This document shows positions 1-9,095 of a DNA stretch of 52,440 nt, in pieces. The notes below the pieces were generated by a model that was given only the letters and a program-made list of their open reading frames with translations, did no database searches and was not told the origin of the DNA. The stretch is from a virus (Duplodnaviria; Caudoviricetes), in the IMG/VR virus record IMGVR_UViG_3300032174_000009, positions 1 to 52,440 of that record. One strand, given 5' to 3'. Both the position numbers and the translations under genes were made by a program. The first letter of the stretch is position 1. Every line of letters begins with the position of its first letter.

Positions 1-152
1 TATTGATAATAGTAAGCTTTGTGATTATCTCATCAAATGCCGGATCTGTTCTATTTTCTTATTCGTTACGCCATACCCACCACCATCATATTTATCATCA
101 CGGCCTTCATCATTATCGTGCTCGCGCTCCGATTTCTCCACTGAAGTGATGC

Positions 153-1160
153 TTGATGCCTGAAGCCGAAACTGAGTTCGCTCCACCACCGGGTTTCGCA
201 TTGCAAAAGGTGACTGTTCAAACCGGTCCCGACGGTCGAGTCGAAAGGCAATGGCCGCGTTACGCGCCGAATGCCGATCTCGTCAATCTAGCAATTGAAT
301 CTCTAAAGCAGACCTTTGAAGAATATCAGGGAAGAGCAGAGCTAACGCCGCCACCAATGCATTTCACCGATGACCTAGCTATCGGCTTCATCATTGGCGA
401 CGCTCATTTCGGAGGATATGCAGATGCGTTTGAAACCAAGGTGGCAAACTGGGATACCAAGATCGCTGAACGCATGCATCTCGACGCAATGCGCGATTTG
501 GTCAATTCCATGCCCTCTACCAGACGGGCGTTCATACTTGGCCTTGGGGACTTCATCCATTTCGATACCGCCGCCGGGACGACTACCGCAGGCACACAAA
601 TAGACGTTGACTCTCGACGCTCGCGTGTATGCCGTGCAGCGTTGGTCTCCGCCCGCTCGATGATCGAACTTGCGCTGCAGAAATATCAAGAGATTGAGGT
701 TGAATTTCTCCCTGGCAATCACGATGAGTTTAGCGCTCCATGGCTTGCTTTGGGTCTTTGGTCGTGGTTTCATAATGAACCGCGCGTCAAGGTCAACTGC
801 GATCCCAGCTTCTTTTGGAAATGGACTTTCGGACGAAACTTTATCGTTTCCTACCATGGCAACAATGCTAGGCCGAAGAATGCCCCTGAGATAATGGCGC
901 GCGACTTCCCAAGAGAATGGGGAGGGTCAGACTATCGTTATGCGTTTGTTGGTCACACCCACCATATAGACAAGTTCCGAAAGGGCGGCGCGATTGTCGA
1001 GGCCTTTGAGACTCTATGCCCGCCGGATGCTTGGCATAAGCGCCAGGGATATGGTGCGGGACCGATCTGCGGCCGTAGCATGACGGCGATCGCATTTCAC
1101 AAAAACTACGGGGAACGTTACAGAACCACAGTCACGGCGCAGCAATTGGAGAGAAAATGA
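153..1160 (+). CDS. Calcineurin-like metallophosphoesterase
   Basis: Motifs GDAHFG, GDFIHFD, GNHD, HG and GHTHH in the canonical order. Confidence 0.85.
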   Translation: MMPEAETEFAPPPGFALQKVTVQTGPDGRVERQWPRYAPNADLVNLAIESLKQTFEEYQGRAELTPPPMHFTDDLAIGFIIGDAHFGGYADAFETKVANWDTKIAERMHLDAMRDLVNSMPSTRRAFILGLGDFIHFDTAAGTTTAGTQIDVDSRRSRVCRAALVSARSMIELALQKYQEIEVEFLPGNHDEFSAPWLALGLWSWFHNEPRVKVNCDPSFFWKWTFGRNFIVSYHGNNARPKNAPEIMARDFPREWGGSDYRYAFVGHTHHIDKFRKGGAIVEAFETLCPPDAWHKRQGYGAGPICGRSMTAIAFHKNYGERYRTTVTAQQLERK

Positions 1161-1726
1161 ACTTTCCCAATGTCATCGGTCTCAAAGGCAAGATCGGCGC
1201 AGGCAAATCGACGGCGGCCGAATATTTCATCGAGCGCGGCTACAAGCTCATAAAGGTTGCTGATCCATTAAAGAACATGCTCCGCGCGCTCGGACTTTCC
1301 GAAGAGCAAATAGAGGGTGAGCGCAAAGGTGAGCCCTCGATTCTCTTGTCCGGAGCAACGCCGCGCCATGCGATGCAAACGCTCGGAACGGAATGGGGCC
1401 GAGGCATTCATCCTGATTTCTGGGTCAATCTCTGGCGCCATGAAGCGATCAAGCACCCGCTCGTGGTCGTCGATGATTGCCGCTTTAAGAATGAAGCGCT
1501 GGCGATCCACGACCTCTGCGGAGTAGTGATAGAGATCCGGCGTCCGGCGCCCCCGGGTGCAGCTGATGCGCATATCTCCGAGGTTCAAGATTGGCGAGCA
1601 GATATGTGCGTTCTAAACGAAGGCTTCAACAAAGAAATCCTATTCGCTCGCCTTGAAGGTGTGATTGCGATCTGGGACGAAAGCAACACTTGCCACTGGA
1701 AGCGAGATGCAGCGCGCTTCGCATAG
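1157..1726 (+). CDS. Deoxynucleoside monophosphate kinase (phage dNMP kinase family)
   Basis: N-terminal P-loop GKIGAGKST, ADPLK, TPRHAMQTLGTEWGR, DDCRFKNE. Confidence 0.9.
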   Translation: MNFPNVIGLKGKIGAGKSTAAEYFIERGYKLIKVADPLKNMLRALGLSEEQIEGERKGEPSILLSGATPRHAMQTLGTEWGRGIHPDFWVNLWRHEAIKHPLVVVDDCRFKNEALAIHDLCGVVIEIRRPAPPGAADAHISEVQDWRADMCVLNEGFNKEILFARLEGVIAIWDESNTCHWKRDAARFA

Positions 1727-1943
1727 CCACGCCGAGTCGCTGGTGAACATGTTTGCCGGGTCCGCAATAAGCCAAGCAGTGTTGTGGGCTTTCGGAATAC
1801 CAATAGTGAGTGCTGCGTCGATAACCCTGATCATGATATTTCTGTCCTATTGGCGCCAGTATTTCATCCGACGCATTTTCAACAGGATTGCTAGCCATGG
1901 CAAACGCGAAGGTTCACGCATTTCGGAACAAGTTCGAGCGTGA
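1707..1943 (+). CDS. Small phage membrane protein
   Basis: MQRASHSHAESLVNMFAG followed by two hydrophobic segments and YFIRRIFN; start placed at ATG 1707. Confidence 0.6.
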   Translation: MQRASHSHAESLVNMFAGSAISQAVLWAFGIPIVSAASITLIMIFLSYWRQYFIRRIFNRIASHGKREGSRISEQVRA

Positions 1944-2130
1944 TCTGCGCAAAATCATTCCTGTCGCGTGCGCAATTGCCACATGCACGAATGACGGTGA
2001 CTCCGCTACCGAAGAGAATGAGATGAATGCGCTTGCGGCGATTGTTCTTGATATCGTCGAACGGGCGAAACGGGCGAGGAAAACGAGGGAGAATCAAACC
2101 GAGTCGAGCGTTACTATTTTGCGAGCTTAG
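1888..2130 (+). CDS. Hypothetical protein
   Basis: 80-aa ORF coupled to the upstream operon. Confidence 0.4.
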   Translation: MLAMANAKVHAFRNKFERDLRKIIPVACAIATCTNDGDSATEENEMNALAAIVLDIVERAKRARKTRENQTESSVTILRA

Positions 2131-2422
2131 ACTCTATGTGTTTACCGACTATACTCTCAAGCGCGGCGATGCGCTCTCCAAAATTATTCCAATGATCAAC
2201 TGCTTCAAGCGCGGCGATGCGGGCATTGAAGCCACCCAACACACCATCTTTTTCAAGATAATCAAAATAAGCTTCAAAGCGTTCAAGGGTTTCCTCAAGC
2301 ATGGCGACGCGCTGCTCATGTGTAGAAAGCTTGCTGTTTAAATAGAGTGCATCGATTTTTGCCTCAAGCGCGGCGATGCGCCGGTCAAAAGCATCCCAGC
2401 CATATTCAGTTTCCGTGTTCAA
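2114..2422 (-). CDS. Hypothetical coiled-coil protein with RIAALE repeats
   Basis: GGAG RBS upstream; four RIAALE/RVAMLE repeats. Confidence 0.6.
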   Translation of the reverse strand: MNTETEYGWDAFDRRIAALEAKIDALYLNSKLSTHEQRVAMLEETLERFEAYFDYLEKDGVLGGFNARIAALEAVDHWNNFGERIAALESIVGKHIESKLAK

Positions 2423-2442
2423 TTGAACACTCCTCCATTTGT

Positions 2443-2916
2443 CTAAGTGCAGTGCTGCGGCCCAGTTTCGAGGGGACTTGGCTGTACTGCAGCGGCACTG
2501 GAATGTGAGATAGCGGCCTCAAGCATTCTAATGAGCACCGGATCTATCCATGATTTTGTTTCTTCAATTTTCTGCGCGCCCAGCATCCATTGTAAAGCGC
2601 GAATCGCAGCATATTTAAGTTCGGCTTCCGCTTCTGTGTTCAATTTAACACTTTCGATTGCTGCACGTGCCTTGCAGCGCTTCATCTCATAAATCATGTC
2701 GGCGTTTGGCTTGCTAAGACTGTCCTCATTTTTGAATGGAGGACCGACAAACATTATTCTGTCGGTTCCATCATAGCAGAAAGTCCATACTATCTGCCAC
2801 ACCAGGCCATGAATGCCGCCAGTCATAAACTGGACATTATCCGTAGCTTTTACAACGGACTCAACTTGGTTAGTGTTCAATTGAACACCCTCGATATTCT
2901 CGCTCATTTCCATCAA
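2443..2916 (-). CDS. Hypothetical protein lying between two att-like cores
   Basis: 157-aa ORF with no recognisable motif. Confidence 0.4.
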   Translation of the reverse strand: MMEMSENIEGVQLNTNQVESVVKATDNVQFMTGGIHGLVWQIVWTFCYDGTDRIMFVGPPFKNEDSLSKPNADMIYEMKRCKARAAIESVKLNTEAEAELKYAAIRALQWMLGAQKIEETKSWIDPVLIRMLEAAISHSSAAAVQPSPLETGPQHCT

Positions 2917-2926
2917 CTTATTGATT
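2914..2926 (-). promoter_or_regulatory. IHF-like binding site beside attP
   Basis: AATCAATAAGTTG matches WATCAANNNNTTR. Confidence 0.55.
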
Positions 2927-2930
2927 TCAT

Positions 2931-2975
2931 TGGTGCTACGGCCCAGTTTCGAACTGGGGACCTCTCCCTTACCAA
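2931..2975 (-). other. attP core: 3' half of tRNA-Thr(GGT)
   Basis: Minus strand TTGGTAAGGGAGAGGTCCCCAGTTCGAAACTGGGCCGTAGCACCA runs from the anticodon loop through the T arm to CCA; the 5' half is absent; about 800 bp from a tyrosine integrase. Confidence 0.85.
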
Positions 2976-3164
2976 AATTGTGGTTCTATTGGAATCTAAG
3001 GGCTTTTGGTGTCGTCTGGTTCATTTCGTTGTGCATATGGTGCCGTTTTGTGCATCTGGTGTTCTGTGGTCGTGTTCATTTGAACACGGGAGCACTCCGC
3101 AATAGACTCATATTCCGCAAGGACTTCACGCAAGCGAGCAAGCTTTTTATAGATCTGATGGTGA

Positions 3165-3419
3165 TCAGCGCGGAGGCTCATCTCGAGCCTCGCTATCTCT
3201 GCTTTCATTTCCCACACTAGGCCGTATTGTATTGTCATTGCCTTGGCACTCCGCATTTTCGATTTCCCATCGGATATCGTCTAACGTCAAGCGTGCACAA
3301 ATCATTGAACATTCTCCCCAATCTTCAGTCAGGTTCCCGAGATTCTTCTGCTCGGCATAGTAAGCCAATTTCTCAACGTATTTTGCCTCGAGCCGGCGTA
3401 GCGCTGCCATTGCACTCAT
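3165..3419 (-). CDS. Hypothetical protein
   Basis: Coupled ORF (ATGA overlap) downstream of the integrase. Confidence 0.5.
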   Translation of the reverse strand: MSAMAALRRLEAKYVEKLAYYAEQKNLGNLTEDWGECSMICARLTLDDIRWEIENAECQGNDNTIRPSVGNESRDSEARDEPPR

Positions 3420-3784
3420 TTTTCCGCTTCCCTAAAACAATTGATAATTTTCCTAGACAATTTCATGCACCATTCGTCAGATTTTCCAATTCCGTGTTCC
3501 CAATAAGCGCCGCCAATTAAAGCCGCAATGCTTTCTTCACTAGGCCATGAGCGCTCCGCATCTTTTGACACAGGACTTTGTTCTGAATGCTCCGCAAAAA
3601 CTGTTGTCCTTATCGGTACGGAATTGCTATCTACGGCTTCATAGTCGATGTACAGGCGTCGTCCCTCGGTAGCGATAATTGGCTCAAAGCATGACGATAA
3701 AGTCAACTCTGCCGCTCCGTCTTCAACGCTAACAATTAGTGTCTGTTTACGATTGCTTGATATAGTGTCGAATACCTTGACCAT
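3416..3784 (-). CDS. Hypothetical protein
   Basis: 122-aa ORF directly after the integrase stop. Confidence 0.55.
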   Translation of the reverse strand: MVKVFDTISSNRKQTLIVSVEDGAAELTLSSCFEPIIATEGRRLYIDYEAVDSNSVPIRTTVFAEHSEQSPVSKDAERSWPSEESIAALIGGAYWEHGIGKSDEWCMKLSRKIINCFREAEK

Positions 3785-3786
3785 TT

Positions 3787-4788
3787 TTAACCTGTCTTAA
3801 TCTCCAGCGCTTCAGCCGCATCCCTCAGATAATCCGGCGAAAACTTAGCGTATACCCGCGAAGTGATCCGGCTGTCAGAGTGCCCGAGAAATGCGGCGAT
3901 ACGATCCATTCCGATTCCGGCCTCGGCCATCCAAGATGCGGCTGAATGACGGAATATATGGGCAGTGACCCATGGCAGCCCGCAGCGCCTTCCGGCGGCT
4001 TGTAGACCGGTCTTAATGCTTTTGACTGGTTTCCCATTCCACTCCACCACAAAGTCCGTCAGTGCTCCCATTTTGGCCTCTTGGAGAGCTGCCATCAAGG
4101 TCCGGTTAATCGGGACTACCGCTCGTCGCTTTTGTCCTGACTGACAAGGTAGGTTCAGATCTATTAAACGGGTCTCGAAATTCACTCTGCCCCACGTCAG
4201 GCCGAGCAAGGCACCAATACGTGCTCCTGTTGTCATGGCTGCAATAACGCAAAGTCGTATGTGCGGGGTGGAACACGATGAAAGGAACCGGTTCGCTTGT
4301 TCCCGTGTCAAACGCAAATCCCTCGGTGGCGATATAGCCGGGCGGGATATGTAAGGCGCCTTGGCTATCAGATTCTTTTTCTCTGCCCATCTTAGCGCGC
4401 TCCTGAGTCGTCCAAGTTCGGTCCAGATTGTGCCAGGTTTGCGACCTTCCATTTCCCGTCTAACGCGATAATCGAAGCAAGCTTGTTCGCTGAGCCCGTC
4501 GGCGGCCATATTGCCAAAGAAAGGAAGGACAGAGCGCCCTTCAAAGCCCATAGTCTGAAAAGCAGGTCGCCCTTTAAGCGTCTCACGATATCCATTCCAG
4601 ACAAGCTCCACCGTTATAGTTTTTGGCCGGTTGGCGATTTCGTATTGCACGGCAAAACTTCGTAGCCCTTGCTCGGCAATCTCATGATTTTGGGTCCGAA
4701 GTGAACATCGGCGGGTAGCACCGCGATCTCGCCATGCTGCGTAGTACCAACCTCGGAAGAGGACGACGCGGAATTTAGGAGGTGACAT
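3787..4788 (-). CDS. int: Tyrosine integrase
   Basis: Catalytic residues in TGARIG, HIFRHS, LGHS and VY. Confidence 0.95.
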   Translation of the reverse strand: MSPPKFRVVLFRGWYYAAWRDRGATRRCSLRTQNHEIAEQGLRSFAVQYEIANRPKTITVELVWNGYRETLKGRPAFQTMGFEGRSVLPFFGNMAADGLSEQACFDYRVRREMEGRKPGTIWTELGRLRSALRWAEKKNLIAKAPYISRPAISPPRDLRLTREQANRFLSSCSTPHIRLCVIAAMTTGARIGALLGLTWGRVNFETRLIDLNLPCQSGQKRRAVVPINRTLMAALQEAKMGALTDFVVEWNGKPVKSIKTGLQAAGRRCGLPWVTAHIFRHSAASWMAEAGIGMDRIAAFLGHSDSRITSRVYAKFSPDYLRDAAEALEIKTG

Positions 4789-4940
4789 TTCTCGTATGCC
4801 TCGACCGCCTCAAGCGGCACCCGAAGCAATTTGCCACCAAGTCGTATCGCTGGCAACTCCCCCTTCTGAATCAGGCGATGCACAAAGCGATCAGAGCATT
4901 GCCAGCGTATCGCAACTTCATCAGGACGCAACACGCTCAT
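4614..4940 (-). CDS. Excisionase-like helix-turn-helix protein overlapping the int 5' end
   Basis: MSVLRPDEVAIRWQCSDRFVHRLIQKGELPAIRLGGKLLRVP is a typical Xis winged HTH; ATGA overlap with the thyX stop. Confidence 0.85.
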   Translation of the reverse strand: MSVLRPDEVAIRWQCSDRFVHRLIQKGELPAIRLGGKLLRVPLEAVEAYEKCHLLNSASSSSEVGTTQHGEIAVLPADVHFGPKIMRLPSKGYEVLPCNTKSPTGQKL

Positions 4941-5641
4941 GCCATAGTTTCCCATGCGCGCATCGCGACCGGCGCGACGTGTTGGGCAATATCCTTCAAG
5001 GCATAAGCGTATTCTCGAATCTCATATTGCGAATGATCGTGACAGCGCAGTGTCAGGAACTTCATTAGGTTTAGCAGATTCACTGTCGCGAACATATGCG
5101 AGTAGGTCGAAACTGGTAGTACGCCGCGCGCTAGCTCTCGCGGCCAGCCGCAATTAAGTAATAGGCGATAATTTTTGAAAGCCTTCGCGCAGGCTTGTGC
5201 GTAGACATGACATTGGAACGATCGACCCTCGTCCGATCCTAATTCTGGGGCTAAATCGCGGGCCTGCTTATTGCTCTTAGATTGCTCACCTACATGCTCA
5301 GGCTTCGGTACATAGAACTCGTCCGGCAGCTCGCTATACCTTCCGCTTACCTCATTGAAGCTCCACGTTCTATGCCGGTGCCATTGCCTGAAAACGAAGA
5401 TCGGCGCCTTGACTTCGAAGGTTATCGTGACGTGCTCGAATGGCGAAGTGTGAGCGTGCTTCCATAAATAATTGATTAGGCGCTCGTCTAATCCTCCCAC
5501 TCCTCCGTCCTCGTCTGCACGCCATGGGGTGTTATATGAGACCCGCGCCGCGCGCGCTATTGAAAGATCGCTGCCCATGAAGTCTACTAGGCGGACGAAA
5601 CCGTGGTCGAGAACGTCTATTTTAGAGCCGAAAATATTCAT
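4937..5641 (-). CDS. thyX: FAD-dependent thymidylate synthase
   Basis: ThyX motif RHRTWSFNEVSGRY, plus AARVSY, HTSPFEH, ELARGVLP and SQYEIR. Confidence 0.97.
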   Translation of the reverse strand: MNIFGSKIDVLDHGFVRLVDFMGSDLSIARAARVSYNTPWRADEDGGVGGLDERLINYLWKHAHTSPFEHVTITFEVKAPIFVFRQWHRHRTWSFNEVSGRYSELPDEFYVPKPEHVGEQSKSNKQARDLAPELGSDEGRSFQCHVYAQACAKAFKNYRLLLNCGWPRELARGVLPVSTYSHMFATVNLLNLMKFLTLRCHDHSQYEIREYAYALKDIAQHVAPVAMRAWETMA

Positions 5642-5919
5642 GTTTCTTTCCTGCGCATAATCATCACATCGATGACAACAGAGTCGTCCCGATCATCAAT
5701 TGAAAGATTTCTAAGAACGACGGCGGTCGTCATGCCAACATCACGGCCGATAGAAACGAGAAGACGCTCGAATGACCGCATCATCCCGCCAACAAAAAGC
5801 GGCGAAAGCGCGCCCCCGGGGGTTGGCGTTATCTTAAACGAAAGATAGTGATCGCCGCGCATATCTGCGGCTAGTTCAAAATTGTGTTGAGCATTGCAGC
5901 TTGGACAAGTGATCTTCAT
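5638..5919 (-). CDS. Hypothetical protein with N-terminal CxxC
   Basis: MKITCPSCNA; coupled in the operon. Confidence 0.5.
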   Translation of the reverse strand: MKITCPSCNAQHNFELAADMRGDHYLSFKITPTPGGALSPLFVGGMMRSFERLLVSIGRDVGMTTAVVLRNLSIDDRDDSVVIDVMIMRRKET

Positions 5920-6182
5920 TCCTGCGGTTCCGTAAGGTCTGGCAAAGAGAACCCGTAAATGCTCTTTAAAAGCTCGAGCTCATGCCGATCCACCACAGCG
6001 GCGCCCATCCAACTGATGGCAGAGAGAGCCACTTTCGCGCGCTCCAACCACGGGGCATTATGACCAAGCTCTATCATTGTGCTCGCCATCACCCTAATGA
6101 TTTCTTCCCTGGTCACGTCACAATCTCCAAACAAATCATCGCCAGAAACAGTAATATGCCGCCTAGCAAAATGTTGATCCAA
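5916..6182 (-). CDS. Hypothetical protein
   Basis: Coupled ORF. Confidence 0.45.
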   Translation of the reverse strand: MDQHFARRHITVSGDDLFGDCDVTREEIIRVMASTMIELGHNAPWLERAKVALSAISWMGAAVVDRHELELLKSIYGFSLPDLTEPQE

Positions 6183-6249
6183 AAATCACGCCTGATTAGT
6201 TTTTCTTCATCTTTCCGTATGGATTCCAGCAATTTACGTAGTTCAGGAC

Positions 6250-6762
6250 TCATTTCGCTTCCTCATATCTCGCCTCTTGCGGGCCGCGCTCTTGATCGAA
6301 ATATTTCCCGCGGTAGGGATACAGCGTCGGTTCATCAAGTTCGCAGAATACGAATTGGCAAAGAGGATCGCCCGGCGCAAATATCACCGTCTCCGGACCA
6401 TGATTAATTACCTCGATTGTTGCAAAGCCCTCGAACCCGGGATCAAAATGCGTATTGAACACAGAGACGAATCGCCGCGCTAAACTCGATTTGTCACGAA
6501 CGTGACCGCAAACATCGTCCGGGAAAATGAAGCGCTCTATTGTGCTTGCAAGCGCACAACATTTTGGAAGAATGACAAGATCATGATCTATTCTGACATC
6601 ATACGAACATGCGGAAAGACCGTAGGATCGTCCGTTAGATATACCGCGCTCGACAAACGGCGATATTAGCGGCCGCAGATTGTACTCAAGATGGGTGCAA
6701 AGGGCTCGGATTGATTGGGCGCTCAAAACTGACATTTCGTCACCTTGGTAAATGCGTGACAA
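6250..6762 (-). CDS. dcd: dCTP deaminase / dUTPase superfamily protein
   Basis: SYGLSACSYDVR, DKSSLAR, DPGFEG and YRGKY motifs. Confidence 0.9.
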   Translation of the reverse strand: MSRIYQGDEMSVLSAQSIRALCTHLEYNLRPLISPFVERGISNGRSYGLSACSYDVRIDHDLVILPKCCALASTIERFIFPDDVCGHVRDKSSLARRFVSVFNTHFDPGFEGFATIEVINHGPETVIFAPGDPLCQFVFCELDEPTLYPYRGKYFDQERGPQEARYEEAK

Positions 6763-6868
6763 CGAAAATCAGGATTAAAAATCCTATGAACATCGCTATA
6801 CCAATAAAGAATCCACCAATTCCTTGAGCGTGCTTGTCTATAAAATCCCAAAAGCTCATTGTGCATCC

Positions 6869-7297
6869 TCAAAATGGCATGTCGTCGTCGACGATATCGG
6901 CTGCACGTCGCGTATCCGGAGCTGGCGATGAGCCAGACGATTCCTTTTTGCTGTCGAGTAGAACCATGGCGCCCTGGTAGCGCTGCAAGACGACCTCTGT
7001 AACCTTGCGAGTGACTCCGCTTTGGTCGGTATATCCGCGTGTCTGCAGCTGGCCCTCGAGGTAAACCTTCGAGCCCTTCTTGACATAAGCCTCGGCAACA
7101 TTCGTGAGCTGTTCGTTAAAGATGACAACATTGTGCCACTCGGTGCGCTCCTTGCGCTCTCCCGAAGCCTTATCTTTCCAAGACTCCGAAGTTGCAACCG
7201 AGAAGCTGACGATTGTATTTCCGCTGGCGGTTAGCCTGACTTCCGGATCGCGGCCGACGTTGCCGATCAAAAGCACCTTATTTAATGAGCCAGCCAT
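6869..7297 (-). CDS. ssb: Single-stranded DNA-binding protein
   Basis: LNKVLLIGNVGRDPE, TEWHNVV and the acidic tail DDDMPF. Confidence 0.97.
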   Translation of the reverse strand: MAGSLNKVLLIGNVGRDPEVRLTASGNTIVSFSVATSESWKDKASGERKERTEWHNVVIFNEQLTNVAEAYVKKGSKVYLEGQLQTRGYTDQSGVTRKVTEVVLQRYQGAMVLLDSKKESSGSSPAPDTRRAADIVDDDMPF

Positions 7298-7379
7298 CGA
7301 TTATCCTTTCATCCAATGAAGTGCCGGACGATGTTCGTTAAGGTGATACCAAGCAAAAACCATCCCATATTCTCAATAC

Positions 7380-7763
7380 TCATTCTTGTCGCTCCTGGTA
7401 GAGTGCCCTTGGTTCCAAAGGCTGTTTCGGTTCTCGTTTCTTAGCCTTCATAAAACCCCTTGATTTGATCTTCTGTTTCGGCCGGTCTGCACCGAGGTGC
7501 TTTGCCTCGACGCGTTTCGTTTTCGCCGCCTTCTTAGTATCAGACGGATTCTTAACCGAGTAGCAGCACCGTCCTAAGAGCTGCGCATTTTCTAAGGTTG
7601 CAGGGCCCCCTAATGCGGCTGGAACTATGTGGTCGATTTGGAATTCCCGCGTCCAACATCCGCATCCTTCGCAGTAGATGACGAAATCCTTAGTCGCCCG
7701 CTTGATAACAGCAACACGGACCTTCGTTGGAAACTCCTTACGCGACAATATCCCTCCTAGCAC
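7380..7763 (-). CDS. HNH endonuclease
   Basis: CEGC...DHIVP...GG...N...L...C motif. Confidence 0.8.
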   Translation of the reverse strand: MLGGILSRKEFPTKVRVAVIKRATKDFVIYCEGCGCWTREFQIDHIVPAALGGPATLENAQLLGRCCYSVKNPSDTKKAAKTKRVEAKHLGADRPKQKIKSRGFMKAKKREPKQPLEPRALYQERQE

Positions 7764-7886
7764 CCTTGATCGTTTCGATAATACAAGCGATACGTAGAAG
7801 CACCCACAGAGGAAGGCGGCTAACGCGCCAAAGATAAATTAGAGGCTCACGATAAAAGGGAGGCGTGGTATTATGTCCGTACATCA

Positions 7887-8102
7887 TCATGCACGTTGTT
7901 CGGCCCTCGCAATGGCCGCTTCGAGACGTCTATATGCACGTTCATGCTCTTCATCTTTAAGCCACCGCGTGGCGCGATAGACATCCTTCGCCGCCCAGAG
8001 CAGCTCATTGCGCTGCGCTTTGATGGCACGATATTCTTCTTCGAGCTTATAGAACGCCTCACGGTGATACTCGCTCATTCTTTCCACTCCCATGACTGTC
8101 AT
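7887..8102 (-). CDS. Hypothetical protein
   Basis: Short helical ORF in the operon. Confidence 0.45.
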   Translation of the reverse strand: MTVMGVERMSEYHREAFYKLEEEYRAIKAQRNELLWAAKDVYRATRWLKDEEHERAYRRLEAAIARAEQRA

Positions 8103-8475
8103 GCCAAACGATGCCGTTTTGATCGCCCCACGCCTGCATGAATGAAATTAGCTCGCTCATCTCTTCCTTCGATAAATCCGACGACCTAAAGCCCCATGGA
8201 AGGAATGTTAACCCGTCCAAAGTGGGGATGTACTGAAGCTCGGCGCCGCACGCGTCCATGAAAATTGCCTTCCATTGATCCGGCGTGTAGCGGCCTCCGA
8301 AGTGCTCCCTTTGCGTGGCTACGTCGGTTAGCATTGCCCACATGCGATCGTTTTGTGGTAGTGTGCGCTTTGCAGCCTTGAACTCAACACGTGTTCCCTT
8401 AGGCGATTCAGCAAGCCAGTGGAGCGCGCGCGCACGCGATAGTGGATCATTGAGAATTACGAGCGCACGGCTCAT
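8059..8475 (-). CDS. ninB: NinB/Orf family recombination protein
   Basis: KRTLPQNDRMWAMLTDVA, WKAIFM, RSSDLSKEEMSELI. Confidence 0.9.
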   Translation of the reverse strand: MSRALVILNDPLSRARALHWLAESPKGTRVEFKAAKRTLPQNDRMWAMLTDVATQREHFGGRYTPDQWKAIFMDACGAELQYIPTLDGLTFLPWGFRSSDLSKEEMSELISFMQAWGDQNGIVWHDSHGSGKNERVSP

Positions 8476-9095
8476 AACGAAAACTCGCCCCTTGCGACGA
8501 CCTTGCTAACTACCTCGTCAAGTTCTGCATTGAATGCATCGATCGCGTCCGACAGCTTTTTAATATATGGTTCGTCGCGTTCCGCGCGCATGATGATTGC
8601 CGGAAAGTCAGGCCAGTAAACAAATAGGTCGATCCATTCACGCTCCGCTATCAACAACTCGCCCTGACATTGCGCTTTGTGCATAGCTGGAAATTCATCC
8701 TTGAGCATGGTTTCGATCATGAGGTGCGGCAGCTTTGTCTTGATCTCAAGCAAGCCGTTCTCGCCAATAAGCGCATCCGGGCTGCATCCGGCTCGACCGT
8801 TGCGGATAAAGCCAACCCGCATCGGCTCCGTATCAGTCATGAAGGCATAGAGCCGGCGCGCGTCTGGCTCCATGGCATGCCCGCGCTCAGTATGAACGTT
8901 TGAAAATGATTCTGAAGGCTGCTTTCCGGTGATGATTTCTCCGGCCAGCTTGTAAAGATAGGTTTGCCGAGTTTTACTCGCCTCGCCGCCAACTCCCTTG
9001 GATAAAACCAATGGAAAGTTCGATGCTGTCGGGAGTCCAATGCGTCGCGCGAACCATTCGTCGGAACCCTGCTCGCAATCGAAAATTTCCATCAT
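8472..9095 (-). CDS. YqaJ/lambda-type exonuclease
   Basis: QGSDEWFARRIGLPTAS, RGHAMEP, CSPD, LEIK and QCQG. Confidence 0.93.
   Translation of the reverse strand: MMEIFDCEQGSDEWFARRIGLPTASNFPLVLSKGVGGEASKTRQTYLYKLAGEIITGKQPSESFSNVHTERGHAMEPDARRLYAFMTDTEPMRVGFIRNGRAGCSPDALIGENGLLEIKTKLPHLMIETMLKDEFPAMHKAQCQGELLIAEREWIDLFVYWPDFPAIIMRAERDEPYIKKLSDAIDAFNAELDEVVSKVVARGEFSL

Larger units (their letters stand above)
2415..3087. repeat. Four copies of a 16-bp palindrome GTGTTCAATTGAACAC (candidate integrase arm or accessory sites)
   Basis: Perfect copies at 2415-2430 and 2873-2888; one-mismatch copies at 2636-2651 and 3072-3087, clustered around the att core. Confidence 0.7.

Noticed and set aside
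2157-2380. 17-bp repeats TCAAGCGCGGCGATGCG as a mini-CRISPR
   Set aside because: Spacing is irregular and in frame; they encode the RIAALE repeats of ORF 2114-2422
2931-3010. Complete tRNA-Thr gene
   Set aside because: No D arm, 5' acceptor strand or 5' anticodon-stem strand is present; it is the att core only
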